Shown here piece by piece: positions 37,595 to 50,247 of a stretch of DNA of 50,334 nt. The stretch comes from Cyanophora paradoxa CCMP329. Its lineage: Eukaryota > Plantae > Glaucophyta. Both the position numbers and the translations under genes were made by a program. Positions within the stretch are counted from its first letter, which is position 1; each line of letters starts with the position of its first letter. The stretch covers positions 1 to 50,334 of the forward strand of contig QPMI01000326.1 in the NCBI GenBank assembly GCA_004431415.1. Reading direction: 5' to 3'. The notes under the pieces are model-generated. The model was not told the origin of the DNA. It worked only from the letters and a program-made list of their open reading frames with translations, and searched no databases.

Positions 37595-40500
37595 ATGGCC
37601 TTCGTTCTGCCGGCTGCTGCGACGGCGGCCCAATGCAGGTCGAAGGTAGTGCAGCCGCAGCCGACCGACGCATGCACGTCGGTCCCGGCCCGGCCGCTGG
37701 GCGGGGCCGGCGCGCGCGGCGCAGGTGGGGTCTTTAGCGGAGTATGCGTCCCCGACCGCAGCTTCTTCGGCAGCGCCCCGTACCTGCGGCGGAGAGCGCA
37801 CGCGTCGCTGCGGTCGACGTGGGAGAGCCGTAGCGGAGTCGTCAGGGCGCAGAAGCCGGAACCGGATCAGAACCAAGAGGAGCTGGAGAGGCCTTCGACG
37901 CCGGCACTGGACATCCAGCGCGGAATCATCCACCAGGAGGTGGCGCTCCGGCCTGCCTCGCGCGCTCCGCGCGCCTCGCGTCAACCTGACGCGCGCGCCC
38001 TCCCCTCCAGCACGATCCTGAATCATCGCAAGTAGACTTCGCGCTCCTTTGGCAGGTGTGCACGTTCGGCGGCCAGTTCGGCGCCCGCCGGGGGTCATAT
38101 GCGTTGCTTCTGGCGCACGTGCACGTGCACGCAAGTCGGTGAAAAGAGCCCTTACCGGCCGACGCGCTAGCTAGTTCGGGATACGTTTACGATGCAGCCT
38201 CGTCTCCAGCCCCCCTCGCGACCCCTGCTAGCCCTCCCGGTGACCCCTGGCCCTCCGGCCGCTCGCATTCGCAGAACTTTAAGACGATCGCGCTGCCGTA
38301 CTGGAACAGGTCCGCCGAGCCGTGCCGCCGCATGCTTCGCGCGCCTGAGGCCCCGGGGGCGCGGCGCAGCCAGGACAAGTGGAAGGCGCGGGGGAGCCTG
38401 GCGGGCCTGATCGCGCTGGGGCTGATGCAGAGCGGCATCTCGGTGACGTACTCGTTCGTGGGGCGGGACTTCTGGAACGCGCTGGCGGCCAAGGACTCGG
38501 ACCTCTTCTTCAAGCAGCTCGCGATCTACGCAGGTGGGGGCCCGTCGCGTCTCAGCGGAAGCTGATCGCTGAGGCGCGAGCCGAACAGCGTGCTTTACGG
38601 TGGGGACGCCGATCGTGGTGATGTACGGCTACTTCCGCGACTCGGTCTCCATCGCCTGGCGCGAGTGGCTCACCAAGGAGTTCCTCGCCAAGTGCGAGCG
38701 AAGCCGGCGCCCCCGCCCCGCCCCCGCGCCCCCGCCGAGCGCCGGCCGGGCAGGTATCTCGAGGGGCGCTCGTACTACAACCTGGGGGCCCTCTCGCGGG
38801 GGGCGGGGGCGGAGGAGATCGACAACCCGGACCAGCGCATCTGCGAGGACGTGCTGCAGTTCGCCGACGCCTCCCTCGCCTTCTTCCTCGTCCTCCTCAA
38901 CTCCGTCGTCGACCTTGTCTCCTTCTCCGGCATCCTCTGGTCCATCTACCCCCCGCTCTGGGTCGTCCTCCTCTTCTACTCCGCCTTCGGTGCCCCCCGA
39001 CCCCCTTCCCCCTCCCCTCCGCTCCGGCGAGCACGCACCCCGCAGGCACGGGCGTGACGACGCTCTTCGGGCGCCGCCTCGTCAACCTGTGCGCCGCCGC
39101 GCGCCCCGCCCCGCGCGCCCCGCCTCACGCGCCGGCGCAGGAACTTCGCGCAGCTGAAGCGGTCCGCGCGGCGCGGCGTGCGGGGGCGGGCCGGGGCGGT
39201 GCGGTGAGCGGGGGGGCGCAGGGAGGCGGACCTGCGGTTCAGCCTGATCCGGGTGCGGGAGAACGCGGAGAGCATCGCGTTCTTCGGGGGGGAGGGCCAG
39301 GAGGGCCGCGTCCTGGGCACCCGCCTCGAGGCGATCGTGGCGAACTACCGCCGCCTCATCGCGACGCAGCGCAACCTCGCCTTCTTCACCACCGCCTACC
39401 GCTACTTCATCCAGGCCCGCCGGCCCCGCCCCGGGCTAGGCCGCCCCCGCCGCCGCCGCCCCGCCCTGAAGCCCCCCCGCAGATCCTGCCGGCGGCGGTG
39501 GTGGCGCCGCTCTACTTCGCGGGGCGCTTCGAGATCGGGGTGGTGCAGCAGGCCTACTCCGCCTTCAACCACGTCCTCGGCGACCTCTCCGTCATCGTCA
39601 ACCAGGTCCGCCTCTGGCCGGCCCTCGCGCCGCTTGCCTGCCGTCCCCCGCCGTCCTTCCTTCCTCCTCCCGCTGAGCGCCGCCCCGCAGGTGAAGGCCC
39701 TCTCCGCCTTCTCCGCCGGCGTCTCCCGCCTCGGCGAGTTCGACGCCGCCCTCGCCGCCGCCTCCTCCGCGGCCCCCTCCACCCTCCCCGCCGCCTCCGC
39801 CCCCGTCCCCGCCGCCCCGTCCCGCGCCCCGCTCCTCGCCTCCATCGCCGCCCCCACGCAACTCCCCGAGATCCCCGCCGCCGCTTCGGCCGCCGGCCCC
39901 TCGGCCGCCGCGGCGGCGGCTGGGCCGTCGCGGATCGAGATGCGGTACAACGGGGTGCACGCGGGGGACGGCGGGGCGGGACCCGTGCTGGCGATGCGGG
40001 GCGTGGGCCTGCAGACGCCGGACCGGGCGAAGTACCTGGTGCGGGAGCTCTCGCTGGAGCTGGAGCGGGGCGGGCGGCTGCTCATCGTGGGGGACTCGGG
40101 CTCGGGCAAGTCGTCGCTGCTGCGCGCCGTGGCCGGCCTGTGGACCTGCGGCGAGGGCGCCATCGAGCGCCCCGCCCCGCCCCTCGGCGCCTTCTTCATG
40201 CGCGCCGCCCCCGCCGCCCCGCCCCCCCGCCCTCCCCCGCCCCTGACTTCGGGCGGGCAGCCCGCAGCGGCCGTACATGACCGTCGGGAGCCTGCGGGCG
40301 CAGCTGCTCTACCCCTTCGACGACGGGACGGAGGCGGCGGGGGCGGCGGGGGAGGCGGGCAGCTCGCGGACGGAGGCGGCGGGCGGCTCGCGGACGGAGG
40401 CGGACGTGGCGGAGGCGCACCGGAGCGTCTCCGACGACGAGCTCCTCGCCATCCTCCAGCAGGCCCGCCCCGCCCCGCCCCCCGCCTGATCTCCCGCACG

Positions 40501-41069
40501 ACTCACTGGCTCTCCGCCGCGCAGGTGAACCTCGCGTACCTGCCGAAGCGCTTCCGGCGGTGGGCCCTCAACGGCGAGGAGGTCGGCAACCCGCTCGACA
40601 TCGAGCTCGACTGGTGCCGGCGCCGGCCCCACCGTCAGCGCCCCGGACCCCTCTGCGGGGGGCGTGACCGGGCGGGGCGGGGGCAGGTCGGCGATGCTGA
40701 GCCTCGGGGAGCAGCAGCGGCTCTCGTTCGCGCGGCTGCTCCTCCGCCGGCCCGCCCTCGCCCTCCTCGACGAGGCCACCTCCGGTACCCCCCTGCCCCG
40801 CCCCGCCGCCCTCCCTCCCGCTCGGCTTCTCCAGCTGAGCGGCGGCCGCCGCAGCGCTGGACGTGGCGAACGAGGCGCGGATGTACGGGCTCCTGGCCGG
40901 CATCCCCGGCATGGCGGTCGTCTCCGTCGGCCACCGCCCCACCCTCCTCCCCTTCCACGAGCGCGTCCTCCGCCTCCACGGCGACTCCACCCGCTGGGAG
41001 ATCGCCTCCCCGCAGGAGGCCGAGGCCACCTTCGCCTCGGCCGCCCGCCTCCCCGCCGTCGCCCCCTAG
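37595..41069 (+). CDS. ABC transporter subfamily D half-transporter, plastid-targeted (cyanobacterial-type / plant ABCD2-like)
   Basis: MAFV.. transit-like N-terminus, IALPYW, IDNPDQRICEDV, EADLRFSLIRVRENAESIAFFGGE (EAA region), Walker A GDSGSGKSS, PQRPYM, LSLGEQQRLSFAR, LLDEATS|ALD and SVGHR. Confidence 0.9.
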
Positions 41070-41242
41070 TCACCACGCGGCGCGCCCTCGAGTACCGCCT
41101 CCTAGTAGCGCATGTACCATACCAGGTTAATCTGGCCAAGTCGGCATTTGCAATGATACCCATTAGTTCTGGCTTCCATACCCAGGCCCCCCTTGTCTGC
41201 TTCTCTTCTACTCGCGCCCTGCTTTGCATGACACTGCCGCCG

Positions 41243-43606
41243 CTACTTCTTCCGCTCGAAAAAGCTGAGGAGGGTGCCTGCAGCTGGCTGGGCGGCCGGC
41301 CCCGCGCCACGCCCCGCGGGGCGCCCCCGCCCCTTCCCGGCGCCTCGCGCACCGGCGGGGGCGGCGGCGCCGGGGGCGCGGGGGGCGGGGCCGGGTGCGG
41401 GGCGGCTTCGGCCTGGCGCTGGAGGTCGAGGGCGAGGTGGTGGTCCTCGTGCTCCATGCGGCCCCGCCCCCCGCCCCCGACCGCCGCCCCGCACCGCCCG
41501 CACACGTACACCTGCGCATGCCCCTCCTCGGGCACTCCGCCCCCCGGCCCCCCTCCCTCGGGCCCCGCCTCCCGCAACGGGCCCGAGCCGAGGCACACCA
41601 GGTCGTCGTCCTCCTCCTCATCGGCCGGCGCCGTCTCCCTTGCTCCAGCCGCTGGCGCCGGCGGCTCCGGCGGGACGCGTGGCGGGGGCTCCCCGAGGGA
41701 CGGCGGATCTAGATCGGGTGATGTGAGCGGGCTTGCAGGCGCCGGTTCCGAGGGGCTGGGGGCCTGGGCAGGTGCTGGGATCGGCTCGCCGTCGGGGGCG
41801 GGGCGGGGCCGCTTGGGGGTCGGGGAGGGCGGAGAGGGCGGGGCGGGGCGGGGAACGGCGCGGGAGAAGAAGGATGTGATGGGGGCGGCGGGGGCGGGGC
41901 CCTCGGGCTCGAAGGCGGTGGCGGCGAGGTTGATGAGCCTCAGGCAGAAGGGCGCCCGCAGGTGCCTGCGGAAGAGGCCCATCGCCGCCCTCGCGATCGC
42001 CCCGGCGCGCGCCCCGGCCTCCCCGCCGGCCACCGCCTCGAGGGGCATCGGAGCCTGCCGGGAGACGCGGGCCCAGACCTCCCCCGCCACCCGCCACGAG
42101 ACCCGCAGCGTCGTCGCCCGCCGCCTGCGCCCCGCACCGGAGCCGCCGCTCAGCGCCGCGCATCGCATCGGGGGGCTCGGGGGAGGGGCGCGCGAGTGCT
42201 CGGCGGCGTCGGCGGCGAGGCGCTCGGCGAGGGCGTCGCTGAGGTACGCCACGACACGCGCCACCTCCGCCTCGCTCTCCACCCCCTTCAGCGCGTCCTC
42301 CTGCCGGGCCGTCAGGCGGCAGCGGGGCGGGGCGGGGCGGGGCGGGGCGGGGGCGACCTCGGAGATGGTCTTCGGGGGGGCGAGGCCGCGGACCTCGTCG
42401 GAGTCGACCCCGCGCGCCCGCTCCCGCAGGAACACCGCCGCCCGCTCCCCGAAGCGCTCCGCCAGCTCCGCCCCCTCCGCCCCCCGCAGCTCTGACCCGC
42501 CCCCTCAGCTCGCCCCCGCCCGCACAACCGCCCGCGCCCGCGCGCACCGGCGACGGTGTGGATGCCCATGGCCTGCAGCCCGGCCGCCGTCTTGTGCCCG
42601 ATCCCTGTCCCCGGGTCATGCATGGTCAGCGCCGGGCCGGCCTCGGGGGGAGGGCGAGGGTGCGGGGCGGGGGGCACCGGGGATGCGGCGCGCCTCGAGC
42701 GGGGCGATGTACCCCTCAATCGCCCCCGCCAGCAGCGTCGTTCTGCGCGCGCCACACGCTCGCGGCCCGAGCGCGGCGCCGGCGGGGGCAGCCGGCGCAC
42801 TGGTCGTCCGGCTTGTGCTCCTTCCCCACGAGCTTCGCCGCCGTCTTGCTGCGCGCCGCGTCGGGAGGGCAGCCCCGCGCGCGCGGGCCCGCCCACGCGG
42901 CAGGGGCGCGCGCGCCTCACGGAAATGCCCGCGCTTGCCGTAAACCCCAGCTCCGAGCGCATCGCCTCCCTGCCGGCCCCGCGCGGCTTACGTACCGCAG
43001 CGCCGGTGCGCTCGCGCGCCGGCGCGCGCGCTCACCGGATCTCGCGGGCGATCTGCGAGCCGACGAGCAGGGGCACGGCCTCAGGGCGAAGGCCGCCGGC
43101 CCCATCCAGCGGGTCGCCGACTACGTGCCCCGCGAAGAGCCAGGAGTGGGCGCCGGTGGCCTGCCGCGCGGCCGCCTCCTCGGAGACGTCGAGGAAAACC
43201 TCGTCTAAGCCGAGGCGCTCCAGGCGCGGCGTGAAGCGCGCGAAGAGCTCGCAGATGCGTGCGTTCGCCAGCCGGTAGGGCGTGAGGTCCTCCCCGTCCA
43301 GAACCACGAGCTGCGGGCACTGCTGCAGCGCCGCCGCCACCGAGCTCATCTTCTTCACCCCCATTCCCCGCGCCACGTAGTTGGAGGTCACGATGAGGAA
43401 TTTCTGGCGCACGCCCACTGGCTTGTCGCGGAGCTCTGGCCGCCGCGCGATCTCTACTTGCGCGTAGAAGCAGCTGCGGAAGATGATCAGCGGGCGCCAC
43501 GCCGCGCCGTGCCCGCACGCGCTCACTCGAGATCGATGTGAATGATGACCCGCGGCCGCGGCGAGCTGCACGGCGCGTCTGCGCCGTGAACCCCAAGGTC
43601 TTCCAT
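41243..43606 (-). CDS. POLI: Y-family DNA polymerase iota-like with C-terminal UBZ zinc finger and PIP-like box
   Basis: RVIIHIDLD|CFYAQVE..PELRDKPVGVRQKFLIVTSNYVAR..CPQLVVLDGEDLTPYR..ERLGLDEVFLDV..LLVGSQIAREIR|..LGFTASAGIS, PKTISE|ED. Tail YVCGRC..EHEDHHLALDLQ and GTLLSFFERKK*. Confidence 0.85.
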
Positions 43607-44373
43607 CGCCTGCAGCTCCGCATCCGTCGCTCTGGGGACGTACAGATGACCAAACGGCGCTGCTAATGGCCTTCAGTGCGCCTCGGCGTTTCTCCACGAA
43701 GAGCGCGCTCAAGGACGAAGATCGAGCCCGCGCCTCTCCTTCTTCGCGCCGCCCCGCCTCCTCTCTCTCTGCAGCTGTGCCTTAAATCAGCCGAAAGCCG
43801 CGGCCGGTCAAGCAGAACTACAGTAGTTGACCGTCGCTCCAGCACCTATACCCCCGGCGTCTCTCCGCAGCAGACTCCGCTTGCAGCAAAGCGGCGGCGA
43901 AACATGCGCAGGAGAATGAATTTGCCAGCTTTGTGAGGCAGGCGCGCCGGCGAGCGGATGTCAGTGGCAGTGGAACCAGCGGTTCCGCGGCCGGTGCGGT
44001 TTTCACCTTCGTGGCATTCCTTTCTTTCCACGTTCATTAGATTCATTGCTGGGCTCCTCTCCCTCCTGCCCCTCGACCAGTTCGCGGCTTGCAATCTCTT
44101 TGTTAGATTGGGAGCGAAGGAATTGGTCGGATGCAGCCTCTTTTTAATGCGCAGTATGTTCTTAATGCCCGAGTTTCGTTGGGGCGCCCGCGGAATGACA
44201 AGAGTGTGCTCGTTCCTCGACTCTTGGGCGCCCTGTTTTGCAGTCGCTCCGGCGTTTTGCCCAGATGATTTCTTTAAGCGCGGCATTTTTAACATCCCAT
44301 ATTTTCTGTTTCAAATCATTCCGCCGCCTTGGCTCGTTTTGAGAGGACTGATCTCTTCTCCTCGCAGATACCG

Positions 44374-47300
44374 ATGCCGCCTGAAGTGCCGAGCATGCCC
44401 GTGGGCAGCATTCCCGAAACGTGGGCCGACGAACCCACACGATGCGTCTGCGGCAGCAGCGAGGACTCGGGCGGACTCGTGCGTACAAGGAGTTGCTGTC
44501 ATATGCAACCCGCTCCGCGCACCTCGCTGACGACCCGTTGATAGATGCTTCAGTGCGATCGCTGCAAGGTTTGGCAGCACGGGCCCTGCGTTGGGTACCA
44601 AGTGGCTTCGAGAGTCCCCGACGTGCGCATGCGGTTGCGCAAAACCCTCCAAAACGTCTCGCCTGACGCGTATCGCGCAAGCAGGAGTATCTCTGCGAGA
44701 GGTTATATCTTTTCTTTTTGCCGCCGCCGGTCTGGGCGCTGATCTGTGTTTCTCTTCGGACAGGTGTCGGCCAGTCGAGGTTTCTTGCAGCTGCGGACAG
44801 GTATGGCATTATCGATTCATTGTTTCGTTTTTCCTGACTGTGGGACATGCGCCGGCGCCGCAGACTCATCAGCACGAAAAACTGGTGCAATGTCGAAGGT
44901 GCTTTCGGTGGCAGCACGAGCGTTGCGAGCATGAAGCCGGCATTCAAGTCGACTCTTTACACCACTTTTGCTTCTCTTGTTCACGCCGTCCCGGGCGGAA
45001 GCCCGCCGCGATGCGGAAGTGCGAGCTGGCCTCGTCTGCCTCGCGCCTCCGCACGGGCTGATCCATTCTTTTCCCTTCCGCAGAGCTCTCGAAGATTTTC
45101 CGGACGCTGGGGTGCCGGGATACCCCGGGCCTGCGCGCGGGAATGGGAGGGGCCGCGGAGCCTCGCGCGGGCGCGGCGCGGGACGTGGCCGCAACTGTCA
45201 CACAACCGCGTTCAAGTCTACAGGAGAGGTGCTCTTTTTCGAAGTCCCGGTTTTGTACGCGAGGCCTGATATCGCCTGCAGGAGGTGTCGGATTCCGAGA
45301 TCGACAAGGCGCAGATCCTGTTTGAGTTCGTGGCGAGCAGCAGCCTTCGCATCAGCCTCGTTGTGCGCGCGCCATCATGCTCCGAAGCCATCGCGCTCCA
45401 TGATTCTTGCCTGAACGCGGCGCAGGAGGACTACCGTCTCGCGAGCAAGGCCGGCGTGGGGCAGGAGTGGGCGGAGGGCAGCAGCGTGGCAGCCATGAGG
45501 GCGTCGCTAGTGCAAAAGTACCAGCGCGTCTACCGGGAGAGCCGGCGGGAAGACAAGGGGGACGTCGTCAGCGGCCTCTCCCTCCTGCTGCACCGGCCGC
45601 GGCCGGAAGTCGAGCCCCTGTTCCTCAACGGCCACTCGGAGGCGGCGGCGCACGACCGCGTCGTCCCCAGGACGCCGCCGGCGGACCCGGCGCCGACGGA
45701 GAGCAAGGCGGGCGTCAAGGCGGACCTGGAGAACATTGCGCTCTCCTCCCTGCTCGGCATGTCCGGCATGTTCTCCTCCGACGGCGCCGAGGCTGTCGTC
45801 CGCAGCGCCGCCGTCGAGCACCGCCCGTCGCAGCCGCAGCCGCAGCCGCAGCCACAGCCGCAGGCGCAGGCGCAGGCGCAGGCACAGCCGCCGGCGGAGC
45901 GGGGGCCGGCCGACGAGGGCGGGCACCAGCCCGTCTTCTCCACGCGCATCGCGTGGGGCGACGAGGAGCTCGCGGCCTCGCGGGCGGAGGCGGCGGGGCC
46001 GTGGCGGAGCGAGCCGCGGCGGCGGCGGCCCGTGCCGCTCGAGCCGGAGGACGCGGAGGAGGACGTGGAGGACCTGCAGGGCGACGAGGACGACGAGGAG
46101 GAGTGGGAGCCGACCCGCGGCCGCGCCTCGAGGGGCGCGGCGCCCGCGGCCGCTCCGCGAGGGGGCGCGGCGCCGGGCGCCGGCGAAACTCCACGCGGGG
46201 CGGGCGTGGCGCCGCGGCGGCGGCGGCATCGGCGGCGGACGCGGAGGGGAGCGCGGGCTCGGAGGCGGAGGGCGGGCAGCGGCGGCGGCGGGGGCGGCGC
46301 GGGCGTAGGAAATCGCCGGTGAACAGCGGGGACGAGGAGCGCAGCGGGTCGCGGGGGAGCTCCCGCGGGCCGTCGCGGGAGCCCTCGCCGGCGCGCCAGG
46401 CGGGGGCGGACGGGCCGCGGCCGGCCCGGCGGCTGCGGCGTCGCCGGCTTCGGCCTCGGCGGCTGCGGCGTCGCCGGCGGGGCGGGGCGGGACCGGGGAG
46501 GACGGGGAGGACGAGGTGATGGTGGAGATCGGGCGCGACTCCGGGCGAGCTGGGGCGAGCGGGGCCTCGCCAGCCCGCACGGGAGCGCCGCCTCGCCCTC
46601 GCCCATCGTCTGGGCCGGCGACGACCGCCCCAGCGACGAGGACTCGCCGGCGCCCCTCCGCGGGCCGAGGCCGGCGGGCGGGGGCCCCTCTCGCCGGGCG
46701 CGGCGCGGCACTCGACGGCCTCGTCGGGGAGCAGCAGCGCGGGGGCGGGCGGGGCGGCCTGCGCGCTGGTGCGGCTGCCGCGGCTGCAGCGGACGATGCT
46801 GGAGCCGCAGCGGGGCGACTTCGACCCGACGGCGCCCGACTGCTGCGACTCCGACCTCGCCGGGCTATTCCGCGCCCGCGGGGCGCCCCTCTCCCCGGGG
46901 ACCCCCACCCCGTCCTCCTCCTCGCCCCGCAAGCCCCAGCCCGGCCAGCTCCCGCCGCCCCAGCGCCTCCCCTCCCCGGCCCTGAAGCCGCAGCCGGCCC
47001 CGCCGGCAGCGATGGCGCCGCCGTCGCCGTTCGCGGCAGTTCCGGCGAGGGAGGCGGTCGTGGGGAAGGCGAGGGGCCCCGGAAGGAAGCGGGCGGCGCT
47101 GCAGTCGGCGAGCGAGACGGAGTCGGACGGGGCGTCGGGCGGCGAGGAGACGGCCGCCGAGCGCCGCAAGCAGGTGCAGAAGGAGCGACGCGAGGAGCGC
47201 CTCCGCAAGAAGCTCAGTGCGCGCACCGCCCCGCGCCGCGCGCGCCGGGATGCGAGCGGGGCGCAGCGATCCAGTCGTCGCTGGTGCCGGCGAGCACGCT

Positions 47301-50247
47301 GAGCCGGGAGGAGCGGAAGGCGCAGCAGCTCGCGCGGCTCTTCGAGCGGATGGAGGACCGCGCCTCACGCAAGCGCCGCCGCCCGGACGACTTCGCCAGC
47401 GCCGTGCGCCCCGCCGGCCCCGCCCGCCCCCCGCCGGGCGCGGTGGGTCGAGCGGCGCGGCAGCACGAGGGCGGGCGGAGGCGCGAGTCGGCCCGGGAGG
47501 CGTCGCGCGACTCGGAGGACGAGGAGGACGAGGACGACGAGGACGAGTCCGGCGGCTCCAGCAGCGGCCACGCCCCGCCCCCGAAGAAGAGTCCGCCTCC
47601 TCCCCGCGGCGCATGCGCCGGGGCGCGCTTCTCACTTCAGACGACCGCAGCACCCGTCTCGCCGGGCCCCAAGGCTGCGGAACGGGCGTCGGCCGAGGCG
47701 ATGCCTGCGCCTTCTTCGTCTTCGGCGCCAGCGTCGGTCGCTGTGCGCAAGTCGGGTGGCCGGCCTCCGAAGCTAGGCCGTCTGCCCCGCCCCAAGGCCC
47801 CCGACGAGGCCCCTCCGGCGCCGCCTCTGCCCCCGGCCCCCCGGGCCCCTCCCTCCCCGCCATCCGTGCCGTCTCCCGCCCGCTCGGCCGCCGCCGCCGC
47901 CCGGCATGCGGAGCCGGCGCCCCCGCCTTCGGCCTCGCAGCCGTCGGCCTCGCCTTCGGCACCCCCGCCGGCGGCGAGCGGGGCCGGCGACGCGAAGCGG
48001 CGCCACGGGAAGAAGGCTTTCCTGTTCAAGGACCTGTGCGCCGCCCCGCCCCGCCCCGCCCCGCTTCGCCCCCCTGCTGACCGAGCTGCGCGCAGCGAGG
48101 AGGCCAAGCCGGCCGCAGCGGCGCCGCAGCTGTCGCGCTTCATCATGGACCTGCCGCCCCTGACCCTCGCCGAGCCGGTCCTCTCCGCCCCTCCATCTCC
48201 CTCCCCGCCCGCCCCGGCCCCCGCCCCCTCTCGGCCCCCGCCCCTCCCCCGGCCCCCGCCCCCTCCTCGCCCCGCCCTCCCCCGCCCCCGCCGCCTCCTC
48301 AGCCCCCGCTCCGCCCCCGGCCCCCGCCCCTCTCAGCCCCCGCCCCGGCACGCGCCTCTCCTCAGCCCCCTGCCGCCCCGCCTCGGCCCCGCCGCCGCCG
48401 CCCGCTCCTGCCCCAGCCCCCGCACCGGCCCCGGCCCCGGAGCCCCGGGGCGGCCCTGGGCCTCAGCGGGGTGGGCGCGGGCCTCCCGTGCCGGGCGCAG
48501 CGCCGGCGTCGCCGGTGAAGGCGCGCCCGGGGCCGCCGCCCCCCGGCCGCGGCCCTCGAGCCGGAGCGCGCCAGCCCGCCCCCTGCCTCGCCCGCCCCGC
48601 CCCGCCCGGCCTCCGACCCCCGCCTCGCGCACCTCGCCCGGCCCCGCCGCCCCGCCGGCCCCCGAGCCGGCCCCGCGGAGCAGCGCGCGGAGGGCGCGTG
48701 AGCTCGCCCCGGGCGCCGGCGCTGGGTGTGCGCGTGGAGGGCCGCCCTCGCCTCAGGCGCGGCCCCTCGCGCCCCTCTCGCCCGTGTCACCGGGCTCGCC
48801 GGCCACCGCCCGCCCGGGCCCGCCGCCGCCGCCCGGGCGCCGGCATCGCCCCTCCGCGGCGCGCGGACCTGCAGGGCCGCCTGGCCCGCGCCGGCCCCGC
48901 GCCGCACGCTCCGACGCGGCGGCGGCGGCGGGGCCGAAGGCGGAGGCGCCGCGGAGCGCGGCGGCGGCGATCGGCGAGATGCTCGAGGCGGTCCACAAGA
49001 TCCGGCAGAGCATCGAGGGCTTCGCGGCGGGCCCGGCGCCCCGCCTGCCGCCGCCGGGCTCCTCCCCGGGCTGATGCGGGCGGTGCGGGCGCGGAGGAGT
49101 CGCTGCGGGCCAGCTGGCGCGGGGCGGCGAGGGGGGCCTGCGCGCCGCCTCGGAGACGCTCCTCGAGCTGCAGCGCACCGCCGCCGCCGCCATCGCTTCC
49201 ATCAACGCCCCCGCCCCGCCCCGCACCGCACCGGGCCCCGCCCCGGGCCCCGCCCCCGCCCTGCCGCCCGCCCCCGAGCCCCTGCCCGCGCCCCTCTGGC
49301 GTCCGCCGCGGGCGCCCCGAGGCGGCCTCGCCGGCAGTGCGGCCGACCTCCTCGCTGCGGTGCGCGCGCTCGTCCCCTTCCACCGCCGAGCCCCGCCGAC
49401 GCGCGCCCCGCAGGCAGGAACCGCCGGCCGAGGCGCGCCGCTTCTCGCGGAGCCCGGGGCGGGACGGAGGCCGGAGCCCGCCGCACGAGCACAAGCGGGA
49501 GCGCGCCTGGCCCCGCGAGCTCCTCCGCCCCGGTGGCTTCTCGTACGCCCCCACGGCTGCTGCCTACGGGCACGCGACACACGTGCGCCCCCGCCCCCGC
49601 CTCTGGTCTGTTGAGTTCCGGTCGCACAGTAACGCCTGCTGCAGGGCGACTCGGCTGGAGACCGCGATCGGTCCCGGGATCGCGATCGCGACCGGGAGCG
49701 CGACCGGGAGCGGGAGCGCGACCGGGAGCGCGAGCGCGAACGAGAGCGCGAACGGGAGCGGGAGCGGGAGCGGGAGCGGGAGGGGAGCAGGCGGCGGGAC
49801 GGGGGCATCAGCCCGCCGCCGCCGCTGCCCCGGGCGTATTTCACGCCGCCGCCGGCGCCCCTCGTGCCCTCCGCCGCCCTCCCCAACGGCTTCGCCCCCC
49901 ACCCCTACGTGAACCCCGCGGCCGCCGCGGCCGCTGCCGCAGCCGCCGTGGCCGCGGCTGTGGTGGCGCAGCCCCGCGGCGTGCGCTACAGCCCAGCGGA
50001 GGGCCGGGGCGGGCCGCAGCAGGCCCCGACCCGCGGCTGGGACCGCGACGGCCCGGGGGGACGCTTCCGGGAGGCGGAGCGGCCGCGGGAGCGCGGCGGG
50101 TGGGAGGGCCCGCCCCGGGAGCGCGGCGGGCGCGGTGGCTACGACTGGAACGGGCGCCGCTCGCCGCCGGGCGGCCGCCCGAAGCCAGCGGGGCCGCACC
50201 CTCGGGACGGGCCACATGCCTTTCAGGAACGCGTCCCGTTCCGCTGA
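44374..50247 (+). CDS. Large double-PHD-finger chromatin protein, Set3/MLL5/SETD5-like motifs, with RE/RD-rich tail
   Basis: TRCVCG..|MLQCDRCKVWQHGPC..YLCE|RC; second PHD VSCSCG..LVQCRRCFRWQHERC..HFCFSC; LSREERKAQQLARLFERME. The start is uncertain (a possible upstream exon near 43904). Confidence 0.7.
49660..49785 (+). repeat. Coding hexamer repeats (GAGCGG/GACCGG)n encoding an RD/RE dipeptide tract
   Basis: Read directly from the sequence. Confidence 0.85.

Noticed and set aside
43935-44367. AT-richer stretch with ORFs 43846-44295 and 43958-44530, or a possible ncRNA
   Set aside because: Best explained as the 5' intron/UTR of the PHD gene (GTGAG..CTGA..CAG). No domain or box motifs.
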